Assembly: GCA_035454685.1 (NCBI GenBank)
Contig: DATIGN010000127.1
Location: forward strand, 56,269 to 120,268
Length of the DNA: 64,000 nt
From: Burkholderiales bacterium
Lineage (GTDB): Bacteria > Pseudomonadota > Gammaproteobacteria > Burkholderiales > SG8-39
Direction of reading: 5' to 3'
Shown here: piece after piece, positions 61,673-64,000 of the stretch
Numbering within the stretch: position 1 is the first letter of the stretch
Layout of the letters: every line of letters starts with the position of its first letter
Position numbers and translations under genes: made by a program
Notes under the pieces: generated by a model
The model's input: only the letters and a program-made list of their open reading frames with translations
What the model was told of the DNA's origin: nothing
Databases searched by the model: none

Positions 61673-62731
61673 GTGAGCACCAAGACCACCACGGCCGTCA
61701 CGCATTACCACATCCAGAAGAAACGGCGGGCCGAGTTCATCGAGCAGTGGCGCAAGAACCGGCGCACCGTGATCCGCGGCGAAGATGTCGCGCTGCAGCG
61801 CACTGCGCGAGGTTTGCGGAGCGGCGTCTACATGGGGTGGGACGGCGACTCGCCGACGCGCTGCCTCGACGCTCTGGTACACGAGATCGACCCGGGCACG
61901 GTGGCGACGATCCACCGTCATTCATGGGACGCGCAGCTTTTTATCGTCGAGGGCTCCGGCTGGAGCGAGATCGACGGCCGCCGCTTCGAATGGAAGCCTT
62001 GGGACGCGATCCACATCCCGGCGTGGAGCTGGCACCGACACGGCAACGACGGCTCGAGGCGCGCCCGCTTCATGAGCTATTCGTCCGAGCCGATGCTCTG
62101 GACGCTGGGTCTCTGCGTGCTCGAAGACCGAGGGTACGAGGATGTGCGCGACCTCCCCCCGCCGCCGGCTTCAAGCCCGGGTATTGACGGTGACGATCCA
62201 TATTCCCGCCGAAGACGACGGATTTTTCAGGAAACCAAGAAACGACGTGGCGGCCGCATCCATACGCCCTACGACGAGCAGGATCTGCTCGCCACGCCGC
62301 GCGGCACGCGCACCAAGTTCCTGGTCGACCGCGCCATCGGCAGCGAATCCTCGGGCATCACCCAGGTCATGATCCAGTTCGCGCCAGGCAAGACGCAGTC
62401 GCTGCACCGCCATCCCGGCGAAGCGTGGCTCTACGTTGTCGAAGGTTACGGCCACAGCTTCATGGGCACTGCTCCGGACCGCGGGCAGCACTACCGCTGG
62501 AAAAAAGGCGATCTCATCGTGGTCGACCATTTCCTGTGGCACCAGCACTTCAACGACGATCCCAAGGGGGAGGCTCGACTCGTGCGCGTCCACATGTTCG
62601 ACTCGATCCTGGAAACCATGCGCGCGCTCACCGACCCGTTGGTGCTTTTCGAGGAGGCGGAGGATACGCTCCTCAGCATGCAGGAAATCTCGCAGATCGA
62701 GTGGCCGGACGATCGGCGGCCGGAAGGTTGA
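61673..62731 (+). CDS. Bicupin protein
   Basis: IHRHSWDAQLFIVEGSG...WSWHRHGN and HRHPGEAWLYVVEGYG...FLWHQHFN. GTG start. Confidence 0.75.
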   Translation: MSTKTTTAVTHYHIQKKRRAEFIEQWRKNRRTVIRGEDVALQRTARGLRSGVYMGWDGDSPTRCLDALVHEIDPGTVATIHRHSWDAQLFIVEGSGWSEIDGRRFEWKPWDAIHIPAWSWHRHGNDGSRRARFMSYSSEPMLWTLGLCVLEDRGYEDVRDLPPPPASSPGIDGDDPYSRRRRRIFQETKKRRGGRIHTPYDEQDLLATPRGTRTKFLVDRAIGSESSGITQVMIQFAPGKTQSLHRHPGEAWLYVVEGYGHSFMGTAPDRGQHYRWKKGDLIVVDHFLWHQHFNDDPKGEARLVRVHMFDSILETMRALTDPLVLFEEAEDTLLSMQEISQIEWPDDRRPEG

Positions 62732-62744
62732 AGCGGCTCCGCCG

Positions 62745-63716
62745 ATGGCCGCGCCCGCCCCTGCTCTCCCGCCTGGCATCGTCTCGCTGCACACCTTACC
62801 GGCGGAACACCACGACAAGGACTGGGACGCGATCATCGTGCCAGCCGGGGTCAAGGAGCGGCTGCTCGCGCAGGCGCTGCTCACGCTCAAGCACGGGCGC
62901 AAGCTCGCCACCCTTGCGGGGCTGCCGCACGGGCTCATTGTGCTCGCCGGCCCCCCGGGCACCGGTAAGACGACGCTCGCACGCGGCCTCGCGCAGGTAT
63001 CGGCGCTGGCGCTGGCGCGCGAAGGGGCGACCACGCTCTTGGAAATCAACCCGCACGCCTTCCCGAGCGACATGCTGGGCGAGAGCCAGCGCAACATCAT
63101 GCGGCTTCTCACCGACACGATCCCGGAGATTGCGGCGCGGCGCCCGCATACCGTGGTTCTGATCGACGAGGTCGAGAGCTTCGCGGTGCGGCGCAGCACC
63201 GCCTCATTCGAGACCAACCCGGTCGACGTGCACCGCGCCACCGATGCGGTGATGCTCGGCATCGACGAGGTCGCGCGCAAGCTTCCCGCAGTGCTCTTCG
63301 TGACTACCACGAACTTCATCGACGCCATAGACGAGGCGTTCCTGTCGCGCGCCGACCTGGTGATGCATTTCGCGCTGCCCGATCCTGGGACGATCGCCCG
63401 CATCCTGCATGACTCGCTCGCGGAGCTCGCCGTACAATGGCCCGCGCTGAAACCGCTCCTGCAATCCGAGGATGAAATCAATGAGGTCGCGAGGCTCTGC
63501 GGAGGCTGGAGCGGGCGTCAGGTGCGCAAGCTCGTCCTCGCGGCGCTCGCCCAGCGCCTGGAGGTGGCGAAGGATCCGGCGCGCCTTACCTTCGAAGACC
63601 TGCGCGAGGCGGCGCGCAAGCGCGGCGGCGTCGAGTGGGTCGGGGCCGCCGGCCCGTCGTCCAAGGAGCTCTTTCCCGACGTCCCGAAGCATTTGATGCA
63701 CGACCATCATCACTAG
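62745..63716 (+). CDS. AAA+ ATPase, TRIP13/Pch2-like core, with a His-rich C-terminus
   Basis: ATG 62745. Walker A GPPGTGKTT, Walker B VVLIDEVESF, sensor region TTTNFIDAIDEAFLSRADLVMHFALPD. C-terminal KHLMHDHHH. Confidence 0.85.
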   Translation: MAAPAPALPPGIVSLHTLPAEHHDKDWDAIIVPAGVKERLLAQALLTLKHGRKLATLAGLPHGLIVLAGPPGTGKTTLARGLAQVSALALAREGATTLLEINPHAFPSDMLGESQRNIMRLLTDTIPEIAARRPHTVVLIDEVESFAVRRSTASFETNPVDVHRATDAVMLGIDEVARKLPAVLFVTTTNFIDAIDEAFLSRADLVMHFALPDPGTIARILHDSLAELAVQWPALKPLLQSEDEINEVARLCGGWSGRQVRKLVLAALAQRLEVAKDPARLTFEDLREAARKRGGVEWVGAAGPSSKELFPDVPKHLMHDHHH

Positions 63717-63726
63717 GAGGAGGCTC

Positions 63727-64000
63727 ATGAGGCTGGTTTTGGGATTGATTGCCGCGCTCGCCGCGGCGCCGGCGCCCGCGCAGTACTACTCCGGCAAGAC
63801 AGTCACCATCGTCGTCGGCTACAAGACCGGCGGCGGCTACGACGCCACCGCGCGCGTGCTGGCGCGCCATCTGCCCAAGCACATCCCCGGCAAGCCGAGC
63901 GTGATCGTGCAGAACATGCCCGGCGCGAACAGCATCATCGCTGCGAACCACGTCTATGCCGTCACCAAGCCGGATGGCCTGACGATCGGCACGTTCAACC
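63727..64000 (+). CDS. Periplasmic solute-binding protein, Bug/TctC-like; 5' part only, runs off the window
   Basis: ATG follows GGAGGAGG. Signal peptide MRLVLGLIAALAAAPAPA. GGGYDATARVLARHL and NMPGAN...KPDGLTIG resemble Bug-family blocks. Confidence 0.55.
   Translation, partial: MRLVLGLIAALAAAPAPAQYYSGKTVTIVVGYKTGGGYDATARVLARHLPKHIPGKPSVIVQNMPGANSIIAANHVYAVTKPDGLTIGTFN

Noticed and set aside
62745-63716. Possible CBASS, suggested by the TRIP13-like ATPase.
   Set aside because: No CD-NTase, HORMA or effector gene is adjacent, and the neighbours are a bicupin and a solute-binding protein. It is kept as a finding about unusual context and is not called a defence system.

Overview
The window is visibly GC-rich chromosomal DNA (GC not computed) and is very tightly packed, with many 4-nt start/stop overlaps. 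I support about 65 genes. I recognised no rRNA, tRNA, CRISPR array, transposase or integrase. Gene content and synteny look proteobacterial, most like a betaproteobacterium; this rests on rimP-nusA-infB, scpA-scpB next to trpS, a CTGT-N8-ACAG LexA box, and many LIV-type and Bug-like binding proteins, and it is inference only.

There are four blocks:
- 1-15.1 kb: housekeeping genes (infB, nusA, rimP, rluB, scpBA, trpS, an M50 protease, yciO, dadA and others) plus an 1110-aa GltD/PyrK-type flavoprotein fusion.
- 15.1-33.4 kb: two LIV-type ABC importer operons, a CDF transporter, an acyl-CoA synthetase, a CoA-transferase, an MFS transporter and pncB. The second LIV operon carries a second permease pair and ends in a YtkA/FixH-like secreted protein.
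- 33.4-45.9 kb: a DNA-damage-tolerance cluster interleaved with signalling genes. It holds yedK, dinB, lexA and imuA-imuB-dnaE2 with a perfect SOS box. The signalling genes are a PAS histidine kinase, a stand-alone receiver, an Hpt protein, a receiver-Ser/Thr-kinase fusion, a TPR protein and a nucleotide cyclase-FHA fusion. This is my best candidate for an undescribed system.
- 45.9-64 kb: an accessory-looking island rich in cupin and bicupin paralogs. It also holds two MFS genes, a Rieske oxygenase, a ThDP enzyme and an ABC importer operon. That operon contains a His-rich EutA-like ATPase and a hidden 53-codon HTH mini-ORF. A TRIP13/Pch2-like AAA+ ATPase with a His-rich tail follows one bicupin.

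All functional calls come from motif and family recognition by eye; no searches were run.
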